Shown here in pieces: positions 9,810-19,686 of a stretch of DNA of 64,000 nucleotides (positions within the stretch are counted from its first letter, which is position 1; each line of letters opens with the position of its first letter). Source of the stretch: Patescibacteria group bacterium. GTDB taxonomy: Bacteria; Patescibacteriota; Patescibacteriia; UM-FILTER-42-10. The translations under genes and the position numbers were made by a program. Under the pieces are notes generated by a model. It had not been told where the DNA came from, did not search any database, and was given only the letters and a program-made list of their open reading frames with translations. The stretch covers positions 308,465 through 372,464 of the forward strand of contig JBAYKW010000001.1 of the NCBI GenBank assembly GCA_041664365.1, read 5' to 3'.

Positions 9810-9822
9810 TTAGCAAATTCAT
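9493..9822 (-). CDS. GIY-YIG nuclease (UPF0213/SLX1-like) fused to a copy of the RfbB N-terminus
   Basis: YYTYVL..LYIGWT..LNARLKEH..G..STK.RRP..IYYE..A..RE...K. The first 11 aa MNLLITGGAGF mimic RfbB. Confidence 0.88.
   Translation of the reverse strand: MNLLITGGAGFTRPPRQRAKWYYTYVLESAKDGNLYIGWTIDLNARLKEHAKGQVESTKHRRPLKIIYYEACRSKKEAIRREKYFKTGFGRRFLKNRLTGSRGGRVGII
9507..9788 (-). mobile_element. Putative 282-bp hairpin-bounded GIY-YIG insertion element
   Basis: Terminal IR CCCGCCCGCC(9507-9516)/GGCGGGCGGG(9779-9788) plus inner GCGAGCCA/TGGCTCGC. Removing it restores GGA TTT ATC GGC as in rfbB. Confidence 0.65.
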
Positions 9823-9891
9823 AATTTAAAATGTAAAATGTATAATTGATCGATTTAAATTATACATTATTAATTATACATTATTCATTAT
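9822..9891. repeat. Heptamer-periodic imperfect palindrome, copy 1
   Basis: taattta-aaatgta-aaatgta-taattga ... aaattat-acattat-taattat-acattat-tcattat. Confidence 0.7.
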
Positions 9892-11178
<1,287 letters not shown>

Positions 11179-11198
11179 TTATTAATGATTTTAAGACA

Positions 11199-11229
11199 CA
11201 AAAGCAGAGGAGCAAACCCCTACTTTTTG
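11199..11229 (-). terminator. Terminator-like hairpin upstream of ahcY
   Basis: Minus strand AAAAGTAGGGG-TTTGCT-CCTCTGCTTTT, with G-U pairs consistent with that strand. Confidence 0.45.
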
Positions 11230-11245
11230 CAAATATTTACCCTAC

Positions 11246-11371
11246 CTATTGGCCGAGTTTAACTGCTATAACTCCAAAAACCACAAATGCCAAAACTGCA
11301 AGACTAAGTACTATAACCAGTACTTTCATTGTCGGGCTTTGTTTGGAAAAAGATAGATTCATAAAGCTCAT
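11246..11371 (-). CDS. Small single-TM protein (41 aa), not in the ORF track
   Basis: MSFMNLSFSKQSPTMKVLVIVLSLAVLAFVVFGVIAVKLGQ*, co-oriented and 9 nt after the kinase stop. Confidence 0.6.
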   Translation of the reverse strand: MSFMNLSFSKQSPTMKVLVIVLSLAVLAFVVFGVIAVKLGQ

Positions 11372-11380
11372 TTTGATTAA

Positions 11381-12313
11381 TTAATTAATTTTGCTTTTAA
11401 AATTACCCATAAAACGCGCTGAAATCTCTTTTTTTGTAAACCGGTGCTCCTGCGTACCATGATGCTCAATCGGGTAAGTTGCAACCAATGTGGCCAACTG
11501 AACAGATTTTTTTAACGGGTACTTTTTTATTATACCATGAATCAGCCCAGAACGAAATGCATCCCCCGCTCCGGTCGGATCTACAATTTTTCTGGGCTTA
11601 ACCGCCTTTACAGAAAAAGTGCCGTTTTCCGAAGTTACTTGCGATCCTTTATCACCTTTAGTAACAATTACCGTGTTAGTCATCTTCATTAATTTTGTCT
11701 GGCTAAGCTTCAGTCTTTTCGTAACTAAGGCATATTCATAGTCATTGACGATGAACAAATCGGAACCGTCCAAAAGATACCTTAAATCCTTTGTAGCAAG
11801 CGCTGGAATCTGCTGACCCGGATCAAAGATATAGGGAATATTTTTACTTTTGCATGTTCTGACCGTTTTTATCATATCCGAAGCATTGCCCGGTGAAATG
11901 ATGACCAGACTGTTTTTCCCTGGCATTCCGGGTTTTCCGACTGAATGGGACATAGCACCGAAATGGAACGCTGTAATCTGGTTATTCGACCTGTCTGTAA
12001 TAATATAGGCTCCGGCCGTTAATTCCGACGGTATAATTTTAATACCCGACGTGCTGATTTTATTTTTCTTAAGCCACACGGCATACGGTCTAAAATCCCT
12101 GCCGGCTGTGCCAACAATTGTCGGGTCATCCCCAAGCAGACTTAATGAATAAGCAATATTACCGGCTGTTCCGCCAAAGTTTTCTTTCAATACGTTTATT
12201 CCGAAGCTGACGTTGATCATGTGGACCTTTTCGGGCAAAATATGCTCTTTAAAACGACCCGGAAAATCCATGATGCGGTCATATGCCAGCGATCCTGAGA
12301 TATGTATCTTCAT
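11381..12313 (-). CDS. PfkB family kinase, probably adenosine/nucleoside kinase
   Basis: GSLAYD, GGTAGNIAY, FDPGQ, NDYE, DPTGAGDAFRSG; adjacent to ahcY. Confidence 0.88.
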   Translation of the reverse strand: MKIHISGSLAYDRIMDFPGRFKEHILPEKVHMINVSFGINVLKENFGGTAGNIAYSLSLLGDDPTIVGTAGRDFRPYAVWLKKNKISTSGIKIIPSELTAGAYIITDRSNNQITAFHFGAMSHSVGKPGMPGKNSLVIISPGNASDMIKTVRTCKSKNIPYIFDPGQQIPALATKDLRYLLDGSDLFIVNDYEYALVTKRLKLSQTKLMKMTNTVIVTKGDKGSQVTSENGTFSVKAVKPRKIVDPTGAGDAFRSGLIHGIIKKYPLKKSVQLATLVATYPIEHHGTQEHRFTKKEISARFMGNFKSKIN

Positions 12314-12374
12314 AATTTATTTTGTTTTAAATATTTTTCCGCCAAATGCTTTAGAATAAATTTAATGCGGCAGG

Positions 12375-12441
12375 TAACGAATAAATAATGCATAATTTAT
12401 AATGTATCATATAAAATTATACATTCTACATTTTACATAAC
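12375..12441. repeat. Heptamer-periodic imperfect palindrome, copy 2
   Basis: taatgca-taattta-taatgta-tcatata-aaattat-acattct-acatttt-acataac; resembles the reverse complement of 9822-9891. Confidence 0.65.
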
Positions 12442-12444
12442 CAA

Positions 12445-12924
12445 TTAAGAATGCCGGCTCCAATCAAATCCCACTTTCGGATCATTATACGGCATGCGCT
12501 TTTCATCCGGCTCTTTGGCGTTATAACTCTCTGTGGTGTGATAAAAAAGCAGTACCGGCTCATCCGACAGCACTTTATAGCCGTGCGCAACGCCAATCGG
12601 GATAACCACTAATTTATAATCATCAGTCCCCGCATTGATCACTTGCGTCTCCCCTTTCGTAGGAGAATCCTCCCGCATATCATATAGCACAATCATTGCT
12701 TTCCCGGTTGCGACGAACCAAAGATCGTCCTGTTTCTCATGATAATGGAAAGCCTTAATCGTGCCCTTATATGCCACAGTGAACGTTGTTTGTCCGTATT
12801 TTGCCAATAAGTCCTCGTCATTACGTAAAACCTCCATCAGGAAACCAGGTTTCTCCGTGGCTTCCTCCGTATCAGGAATATCCTGCCTAACAATTAGTTC
12901 TTTGATAATTACTCCGTCAATCAT
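12445..12924 (-). CDS. rfbC: dTDP-4-dehydrorhamnose 3,5-epimerase family (RmlC/SpsL-like)
   Basis: IKAFHYHEKQDD, LYDMREDSPT, IPIGVAHGY cupin motifs. Confidence 0.85.
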   Translation of the reverse strand: MIDGVIIKELIVRQDIPDTEEATEKPGFLMEVLRNDEDLLAKYGQTTFTVAYKGTIKAFHYHEKQDDLWFVATGKAMIVLYDMREDSPTKGETQVINAGTDDYKLVVIPIGVAHGYKVLSDEPVLLFYHTTESYNAKEPDEKRMPYNDPKVGFDWSRHS

Positions 12925-12928
12925 ATGA

Positions 12929-13651
12929 TTATTTTTTATTTCTTTCCGCCACTATTTTATTAGCCCGATAAAGAGAATCAAACGTACCCGCGTCAGTCCA
13001 TAATCCGTCCAGTACTTCATACGTCATTGTTCCCTGGTTGATATAATAGTTATTTACATCCGTTATTTCCAGTTCCCCCCTGCCCGAAGGTTTCAGATTT
13101 TCAATAACATCCCAGACTTGATTATCATACATATATAAACCGACAACGGCCATTTTGCTTTTTGGATTTTTGGGCTTCTCTTCAATGCCTAAAATTTTGT
13201 CTCCACTGATCTCCGCAACACCAAACCGCTCCGGATCCGGTACTTCTTTGATAAATATTTTGGCTCCCTTTTCCTGTTTTTCAAAATCCGCAGCGGCTTT
13301 TTTTGCCACATTGTCTTCAAAAATATTATCGCCTAGGATTACCGCAATTTTATCTTCATCGGAAAAATCCTTGCATAATGCTAATGCCTGCGCGATTCCA
13401 CCCGCTTCCTCCTGTACTCCGTAGGACAAGCGGACACCGAATTCTTCACCGGAGCGCAGTAGTTCCAGAAAATGCCCGGCGTGCCCTTTACCGGAAATAA
13501 TCATTATGTCTTTTATCCCGGCATTGGCTAAAGTAAGTAAGGGATAATAAATCATCGGTTTGTCATAGACCGGGAGCAAATGCTTATTTGTTACCAAAGT
13601 CAGTGGCCTCAGCCTGGTGGCCTGTCCGCCGGCTAAAATTATTCCTTTCAT
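12929..13651 (-). CDS. rfbA: Glucose-1-phosphate thymidylyltransferase (short SpsI-like form)
   Basis: LAGGQATRLRPLT, KHLLPVYDKPMIYYPL, EEKP, PSGRGELEITD, WTDAGT. Confidence 0.93.
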   Translation of the reverse strand: MKGIILAGGQATRLRPLTLVTNKHLLPVYDKPMIYYPLLTLANAGIKDIMIISGKGHAGHFLELLRSGEEFGVRLSYGVQEEAGGIAQALALCKDFSDEDKIAVILGDNIFEDNVAKKAAADFEKQEKGAKIFIKEVPDPERFGVAEISGDKILGIEEKPKNPKSKMAVVGLYMYDNQVWDVIENLKPSGRGELEITDVNNYYINQGTMTYEVLDGLWTDAGTFDSLYRANKIVAERNKK

Positions 13652-14064
13652 AAATTTTCTTCGTTATTTTCGTTAAGTAGCAAGATGGAAAGCAAGATAA
13701 TTATTACAGCGCTGATTATTGAAATTGCCAAGCGAAGCCAAAAATCTAGATCTAATTTATAGTAAATTACGCCAAATGAAACAATCCCCAATCCCATAAT
13801 GAATAAGTAATCAGTCAGACCGGTTTTCTTCCGTTTTACCTCTTTTTTTTCTGAAGCAAAGACCGGAAAACTCATTACTATCCCACTAATAATAACAATT
13901 ATCAAAATGATATTCAAATTGAAATAATCAGAGATAATATTGGCTAAAATCTGATCAAGTAAGTAAAACAACAGGAAACTCACCAGCATAACCTCAAATA
14001 TCTGCTGGTTAATATCTCTGGCTAGAGACTTTACGAGATTTTTTTTCTTATTCAAAATAAACAT
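13648..14064 (-). CDS. Hypothetical 4-TM membrane protein
   Basis: Hydrophobic helices; translationally coupled to neighbours. Confidence 0.7.
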   Translation of the reverse strand: MFILNKKKNLVKSLARDINQQIFEVMLVSFLLFYLLDQILANIISDYFNLNIILIIVIISGIVMSFPVFASEKKEVKRKKTGLTDYLFIMGLGIVSFGVIYYKLDLDFWLRLAISIISAVIIILLSILLLNENNEENL

Positions 14065-15515
14065 TATTTTCTCAGGGTTACTTTTATCTGGTTTATCCTA
14101 ACGTCCTTGAAATTCCCGATACAGGGAATTGAAAACTTAAACTTGACGCGGTCATTTTCTACATACAAATCGCTGATCCTAAATGTTTTTGCATAAATTC
14201 CGGAATCACTGTAAGTTGCCTCCGGCTTATAATAACTTGAAAGCAAATAATCAAAATCGGGGTCTTTTTTGCAAACCGGGTCCTCCAAATCAATTACTTT
14301 GAATCTACTGGTTAGATTTTCTATATTCTCGATACTAGTACTGGCTATACCATCAAACTCCATTACCAGATCACTTTTTGGAATCTCAACATTTCTTACT
14401 CCGGTTTTTGTTTTCGACGCGTAATATTTATTCAGTTTTTCTATCTCAACTTCCTTATCATCGACGAAAACCGTTTGTAGTCCCGTATCATGAGCCGTTT
14501 TAAAAACTATATTATTATTTACAAAGAAAGAAGATGAAATATTATCATCATCCAGCGACAATCGCCCCTTAAATGCCATGTATTTCTGTTTGGTAGTAAT
14601 TTTGGCAATATTGGTGTTATTTCCCGTCTCGATTTTTATTGTATATACCCCGGCCGGCAGATTTTCGCGTGTGATATGAATCATTTTGGAATAATCCGCG
14701 CCAAATACATTTACGAGCTTTGAATCCGGAAATTCTTCTACCAATTCCGAATCACGCAAAAGTTTTACATTTACCGGGTTTATGGATTTTGCCGTACTTC
14801 TTTGTTTAAAATAGAATTCATAGTCAAGTTTTTCATTTTCAATATAGGTGATTATCTCGTGCGATCCACGCAGGATTGTATCAGTTGTATGTTCAATATT
14901 TTCCGGATGATAATCAACCAATCGGGTCAGATTATTGGAATTCACTTGATAAAGTGCTACCGTGCTTTCTTTTGGTATCCTGTTCAAAACATCTGATAAT
15001 ATTTCCTTTCCTTGATTGATCGAAATACTATTTCTTTTATTCACTGCCTTTGGGTTTCTGAACAAAGACATATTATCCTCCGTTACTATCAGATTTTCCG
15101 ATCCTAAATCTGACACATATCTATTCTCAAGTGTTTCAAACCGGTATTGTGCTGTATCTTCAAAATTATAGGGTGTTCCGAATTGGACAATCTGGGCATT
15201 ACCGCTTTCGTAATTCAGTTCCAGATCAATATATTTTGCTTTGAACGGCAAGTTTACATAAAAAGACACAGGGGCTTCTTTAATTTCCTGGTAATATTCA
15301 CCGGTATTTTCATCTTCTTTTATCACTCCTGTATTTCCGGCAGCTGTAACTTCAGAAATGATAACTCCGGGCTTTTTAAATGCATATGTTTCACTCAGTT
15401 CTCCAAACAATATAAATCGCTTATTGAATGCAAACACCAAAATAATGACCGGAACCAAAACCAAAAGTATTCTTACAACCCTTAAAATTACTTTGTATTT
15501 ATTTTTATTTATCAT
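14064..15515 (-). CDS. Hypothetical N-terminally anchored extracytoplasmic protein
   Basis: 483-aa ORF with a single N-terminal TM and beta-rich remainder. Confidence 0.75.
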   Translation of the reverse strand: MINKNKYKVILRVVRILLVLVPVIILVFAFNKRFILFGELSETYAFKKPGVIISEVTAAGNTGVIKEDENTGEYYQEIKEAPVSFYVNLPFKAKYIDLELNYESGNAQIVQFGTPYNFEDTAQYRFETLENRYVSDLGSENLIVTEDNMSLFRNPKAVNKRNSISINQGKEILSDVLNRIPKESTVALYQVNSNNLTRLVDYHPENIEHTTDTILRGSHEIITYIENEKLDYEFYFKQRSTAKSINPVNVKLLRDSELVEEFPDSKLVNVFGADYSKMIHITRENLPAGVYTIKIETGNNTNIAKITTKQKYMAFKGRLSLDDDNISSSFFVNNNIVFKTAHDTGLQTVFVDDKEVEIEKLNKYYASKTKTGVRNVEIPKSDLVMEFDGIASTSIENIENLTSRFKVIDLEDPVCKKDPDFDYLLSSYYKPEATYSDSGIYAKTFRISDLYVENDRVKFKFSIPCIGNFKDVRINQIKVTLRK

Positions 15516-15753
15516 CCGATATTAGAGTATTTTTGACTGAGCCCCTATTATTTGTATATGTTACTGTAAAAACCAACCCGCTGATCAAGGCTACAATCAG
15601 AGGTATTTTGATATTGATTATCATTTCCAGAAATTCACCGGTAAACGTGTTAATAAGCAATAACATAATGTATGCAGAAACAGAAAATAAAAATACAAAC
15701 ATACTTGCCTTCATCAATAAATCATACAAATCGGCATTTTTATTAATAATCAT
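15505..15753 (-). CDS. Hypothetical 2-TM membrane protein
   Basis: Overlaps both neighbours; resembles the N-half of 13648..14064. Confidence 0.65.
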   Translation of the reverse strand: MIINKNADLYDLLMKASMFVFLFSVSAYIMLLLINTFTGEFLEMIINIKIPLIVALISGLVFTVTYTNNRGSVKNTLISDDK

Positions 15754-16600
15754 TTTTTACCTTTTCAATTATTTTGTCTATAAAATATTCCGCTGTTCTT
15801 GGAAGATCACTGATCGTAATCATAGGATTGCTATAGGTTATCCGGATCTCCCTGACTTCTATCGAACCTTCACTTTTTCGAAGCCCTGGTGCGCTTATTC
15901 TGAATCTAATGACTCCCCTTTCATTTTGATACAATTCGCCTGCATTAAACGTAATTTTCTTAACCAACCAACCATTTTCACCCACAGGTGATGAATAATC
16001 CGTAATAATGTATTTTAAAGAATCTAAAGATGATGAAGTGCCCAATTTTACTGAATTTTTACCCAAATCATAATCGAATTGTCCCACAACTTCGCTTTCC
16101 AGACTGTTATTATCAAAATCTTTTTTAAAATCGGCAATACTCTGATAAACATCTTCTTTCTGATATAGAATAACGTTTCCGTGCTGAATTTTTTTCCATT
16201 CTAAATTATCAATGAGTTTATTCTGAAGCGATTGATCGCGGTAGCCATCGGCATCATTTATATTCGCACCGATATTTAAATCAATCTGATTTTCATTCTT
16301 ATATACGATTTCCACAGTCACGTCTTCATACCATAGCGGACCATTCGCGTTGAAATATACCGAATCATCTTTTATTTTTTGAGACCAGACCCCGCCGTTT
16401 TCCTCAGGCGGAAGCAACCTTTGCCATGGCTCTAAATGAGAAATATATTCAGAATCCTCGCCAAAACTGTAGGCCACTTCAAATTTACCGGATGCCGTAA
16501 AAAAATGAATAAAAATAGTGTAAAACAATAAGAAAGTTAATACAACAGTCACTCCCTTAACAATCCATAATAGAATTACGAATAAGTTTTTATTGCTCAT
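15743..16600 (-). CDS. Hypothetical N-terminally anchored protein, short paralog of 14064..15515
   Basis: N-terminal TM; shared N- and C-terminal motifs with the 483-aa ORF. Confidence 0.72.
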   Translation of the reverse strand: MSNKNLFVILLWIVKGVTVVLTFLLFYTIFIHFFTASGKFEVAYSFGEDSEYISHLEPWQRLLPPEENGGVWSQKIKDDSVYFNANGPLWYEDVTVEIVYKNENQIDLNIGANINDADGYRDQSLQNKLIDNLEWKKIQHGNVILYQKEDVYQSIADFKKDFDNNSLESEVVGQFDYDLGKNSVKLGTSSSLDSLKYIITDYSSPVGENGWLVKKITFNAGELYQNERGVIRFRISAPGLRKSEGSIEVREIRITYSNPMITISDLPRTAEYFIDKIIEKVKNDY

Positions 16601-16610
16601 AACAGCTGTT

Positions 16611-16639
16611 ATTTTACTAATTTTGATGCTCTAAGTCAA
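16611..16639 (-). promoter_or_regulatory. sigma70 promoter for the leftward operon
   Basis: Minus strand TTGACT-17 nt-TAAAAT, ending 10 nt before the ATG at 16600. Confidence 0.6.
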
Positions 16640-16814
16640 CTTATATGTTTTCCAAACATTGATGATTATTTACATTGTGATTTTCAATTCACTTGGTATA
16701 TGTTAATATGTAACTTGAATTTGTTAATATTTTTTGGTATTTTTCATTCTACTTCCAAGATTGTAGCTTTATTTCATTTATACATAAGTTAATATTTTAT
16801 TAAAAAACAATTAT

Positions 16815-17999
16815 ATGGACAACAATACAAAAAATAGTTTTTTAGAAGAAATCCAGACAATCAAAAGTAATAATCTTTATAAAAACGAGCGGGTTTTGGA
16901 GACACCTCAAGGCGCACAGATTGAAGTTAAGGGTAAAAAACTTTTAAATTTTTGCGCAAACAACTACCTGGGTCTTTCCAATAATCCGGATGTGATTTCG
17001 GCAGCGAAAGATGCCCTGGATCAATGGGGCTACGGATTATCATCCGTACGGTTTATTTGCGGCACGCAAACGATCCATAAAACACTGGAAAATAAATTGT
17101 CGGAGTTTCTCGGTACAGAAGATACGATACTGTATTCCTCCTGTTTTGATGCCAATACCGGTCTATTTGAAACGATTACTTCAAATGAAGATGTGATTAT
17201 TTCTGATGAACTTAACCATGCCAGTATTATTGACGGCGTACGTCTCTCTAAAGCAGAAAGAAAAATATTCCGGCACATGGATATGGCGGATTTAGAGGAA
17301 AAACTAAGTGAAAGCAAGGATTTCCGTAGAAAAGTGATAGCTACGGACGGCGTATTCAGCATGGACGGACATATTGCGGATATTAAATCCATCTGTGATC
17401 TGGCGGAAAAATACGGGGCGCTAGTTGTCGTTGATGATTCTCATGCATCAGGATTTATAGGTAAAACCGGCAAAGGAACTCCGGAACACTATAATGTTTC
17501 CGAAAAAGTTGATTTAGTTACCGGGACACTTGGCAAAGCCCTGGGGGGTTCGTCCGGCGGATTTGTGTCGGGTCGCAAGGAAATCATTGAACTCCTGCGC
17601 CAGCGTTCCAGAACGTATCTTTTTTCCAATTCTCTCTCCCCGCTTGTAACGGCGACATCTATTGCAATCTTGGATATTATCGAAAAAAATCCCTCATTCC
17701 GTGAAAATGTTATGGATAATGCAAAATATTTCCGAACCGAAATGACCAGAATTGGGTTTGATATTAAGGAAGGTATTCATCCGATCGTTCCGATCATGCT
17801 GAATGAATCAGAATTGGCCCAAAAAATGGCGGAAGATCTGCTTCAGGAAGGAATTTACGTAATCGGGTTCTACTATCCTGTCGTGCCACAAGGTAAAGCC
17901 AGAATCAGAGTACAAATATCTGCAGCACACAGTAAGGCGGACTTGGATAAGGCCATTTCAGCTTTTGAGAAGATTGGGAAGAAATACGAGATTATATAA
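16815..17999 (+). CDS. kbl: Glycine C-acetyltransferase (2-amino-3-ketobutyrate CoA ligase)
   Basis: NFCANNYLGL, SVRFICGTQ, LNHASIIDG, DDSH, TLGKALGG, LRQRSRTYLFSN. Confidence 0.95.
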   Translation: MDNNTKNSFLEEIQTIKSNNLYKNERVLETPQGAQIEVKGKKLLNFCANNYLGLSNNPDVISAAKDALDQWGYGLSSVRFICGTQTIHKTLENKLSEFLGTEDTILYSSCFDANTGLFETITSNEDVIISDELNHASIIDGVRLSKAERKIFRHMDMADLEEKLSESKDFRRKVIATDGVFSMDGHIADIKSICDLAEKYGALVVVDDSHASGFIGKTGKGTPEHYNVSEKVDLVTGTLGKALGGSSGGFVSGRKEIIELLRQRSRTYLFSNSLSPLVTATSIAILDIIEKNPSFRENVMDNAKYFRTEMTRIGFDIKEGIHPIVPIMLNESELAQKMAEDLLQEGIYVIGFYYPVVPQGKARIRVQISAAHSKADLDKAISAFEKIGKKYEII

Positions 18000-18079
18000 A
18001 GTATCAAATTGCCGGTCATTTCAACTTCTTCACTGATAAATCAATTTGCATCTAAATTTAAGCACCAATATGATTCCAC

Positions 18080-18108
18080 TTGAAAAAGCGGTCAATTTAT
18101 ATTATGAT
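18080..18108 (+). promoter_or_regulatory. Putative sigma70 promoter of the gmd operon
   Basis: TTGAAA-17 nt-TATGAT. Confidence 0.5.
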
Positions 18109-18194
18109 ATAGAAGATATTTTGGGCAATAATAGGCATTTTAACTTATTATCGAATACCTTTTAGATTAACCATTGAATAAATAAAAGTAACTT

Positions 18195-19229
18195 ATGAAA
18201 AAAGCACTAATTACTGGCATAACAGGACAAGACGGCTCATATTTAGCAGAATTTCTGCTTGATAAGGGATATGAAGTACACGGCATTATCCGACGTGCAT
18301 CAACTTTTAATACTAAACGAATTGATCATATTTTTCAGGATCCACACGCAAAGAATCAAAAGCTATTTCTTCATTACGGCGATTTAACAGATTCCTCCAA
18401 TTTAGCTAGGCTTATCGAAAAAATTGTGCCGGATGAACTGTATAATTTGGGAGCACAAAGCCATGTTAAAGCCAGCTTTGAAATCCCGGAATATACTGGT
18501 GATGCAGATGCACTTGGTGTTACGCGTTTATTCGAGGCAATCCGCGAAACAAGAGTAAATACAAAATTCTATCAGGCTTCTTCAAGCGAAATGTTCGGTA
18601 AAGTGTTAGAGATACCACAAAAAGAAACAACTCCCTTTTACCCACGCAGTCCATACGGAGTAGCTAAGGTGTATGCATATTGGATGACGGTCAATTATCG
18701 TGAGAGTTACGGATTATTCGCCTGTAACGGTATTTTATTCAACCACGAATCCCCCCGCCGAGGAGAAACATTCGTCACCAGAAAAATCACCCGTGCACTG
18801 GCAAGAATCAAGTTGGGTATGGATAAAAAATTATATCTCGGCAATTTAGATGCTAAAAGAGATTGGGGATACGCCAAGGATTATGTCGAAGCCATGTGGA
18901 TGATGCTTCAACAAGAAAAACCCGATGACTATGTGATTGCAACCGGAGAAAATCATTCTGTAAGGGAATTTGTGGAAATCGCAGGAAAATTACTTGGGTT
19001 TGATATTCAATGGACAGGTAAAGGATTAGAGGAAAAAGGAATTGATGCAAAAACCGGCGAAACCATAATTGAGATAGATCCCCACTATTTTCGACCAGCA
19101 GAAGTTGATCTTTTGATCGGCGACCCCAGTAAAGCAGAAAAGATTCTCGGTTGGAAGCCAAAAGTTAAATTCCAAGACCTTATTAAACTAATGACAGAAG
19201 CTGATTTTGAGAATGAGAAAAAAAGATAA
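18195..19229 (+). CDS. gmd: GDP-mannose 4,6-dehydratase
   Basis: [44 protein letters not shown]. Confidence 0.98.
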   Translation: MKKALITGITGQDGSYLAEFLLDKGYEVHGIIRRASTFNTKRIDHIFQDPHAKNQKLFLHYGDLTDSSNLARLIEKIVPDELYNLGAQSHVKASFEIPEYTGDADALGVTRLFEAIRETRVNTKFYQASSSEMFGKVLEIPQKETTPFYPRSPYGVAKVYAYWMTVNYRESYGLFACNGILFNHESPRRGETFVTRKITRALARIKLGMDKKLYLGNLDAKRDWGYAKDYVEAMWMMLQQEKPDDYVIATGENHSVREFVEIAGKLLGFDIQWTGKGLEEKGIDAKTGETIIEIDPHYFRPAEVDLLIGDPSKAEKILGWKPKVKFQDLIKLMTEADFENEKKR

Positions 19230-19686
19230 TAGTAATAGTTGGATAGCGGACAACAAATATAAAGAATTCATGGAAGAACTTCCTATTTGCACTGTTGATA
19301 TACTTTTTTTTAATCATAATAAACAAAGTGTTCTACTCTTAAAAAGAGTAAATAAACCGCTTAAAAACGCGTACTTTTCTCCCGGTGGTCGGATGATAAA
19401 AAATGAAACATTTGAAGATTGTGCGGTCCGACAGGCAAAAACTGAATTAGGCTTAAAGATAGATAAGAAAAAACTGGTTTTTGGCGGAGTAATTAATGAG
19501 ATCCACAAGGAATCCATTTATCCGAAAACCAATTATCATTGCGTTAATGTTTATTTCGGCTATGTCCTAACTAAAACAAAAATCAAACTTGATTCACAGC
19601 ATAGCTCCGCAGAATGGTTTTTAGTCGGGAACAAAAAACTGCATCCATTAATTAAAGCAAAAATTAAATCTTTTATAAAAATATGA
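19207..19686 (+). CDS. gmm: GDP-mannose mannosyl hydrolase (Nudix)
   Basis: [18 protein letters not shown] modified Nudix box, HCV, DSQH..W; follows gmd. Confidence 0.8.
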   Translation: MRMRKKDNSNSWIADNKYKEFMEELPICTVDILFFNHNKQSVLLLKRVNKPLKNAYFSPGGRMIKNETFEDCAVRQAKTELGLKIDKKKLVFGGVINEIHKESIYPKTNYHCVNVYFGYVLTKTKIKLDSQHSSAEWFLVGNKKLHPLIKAKIKSFIKI

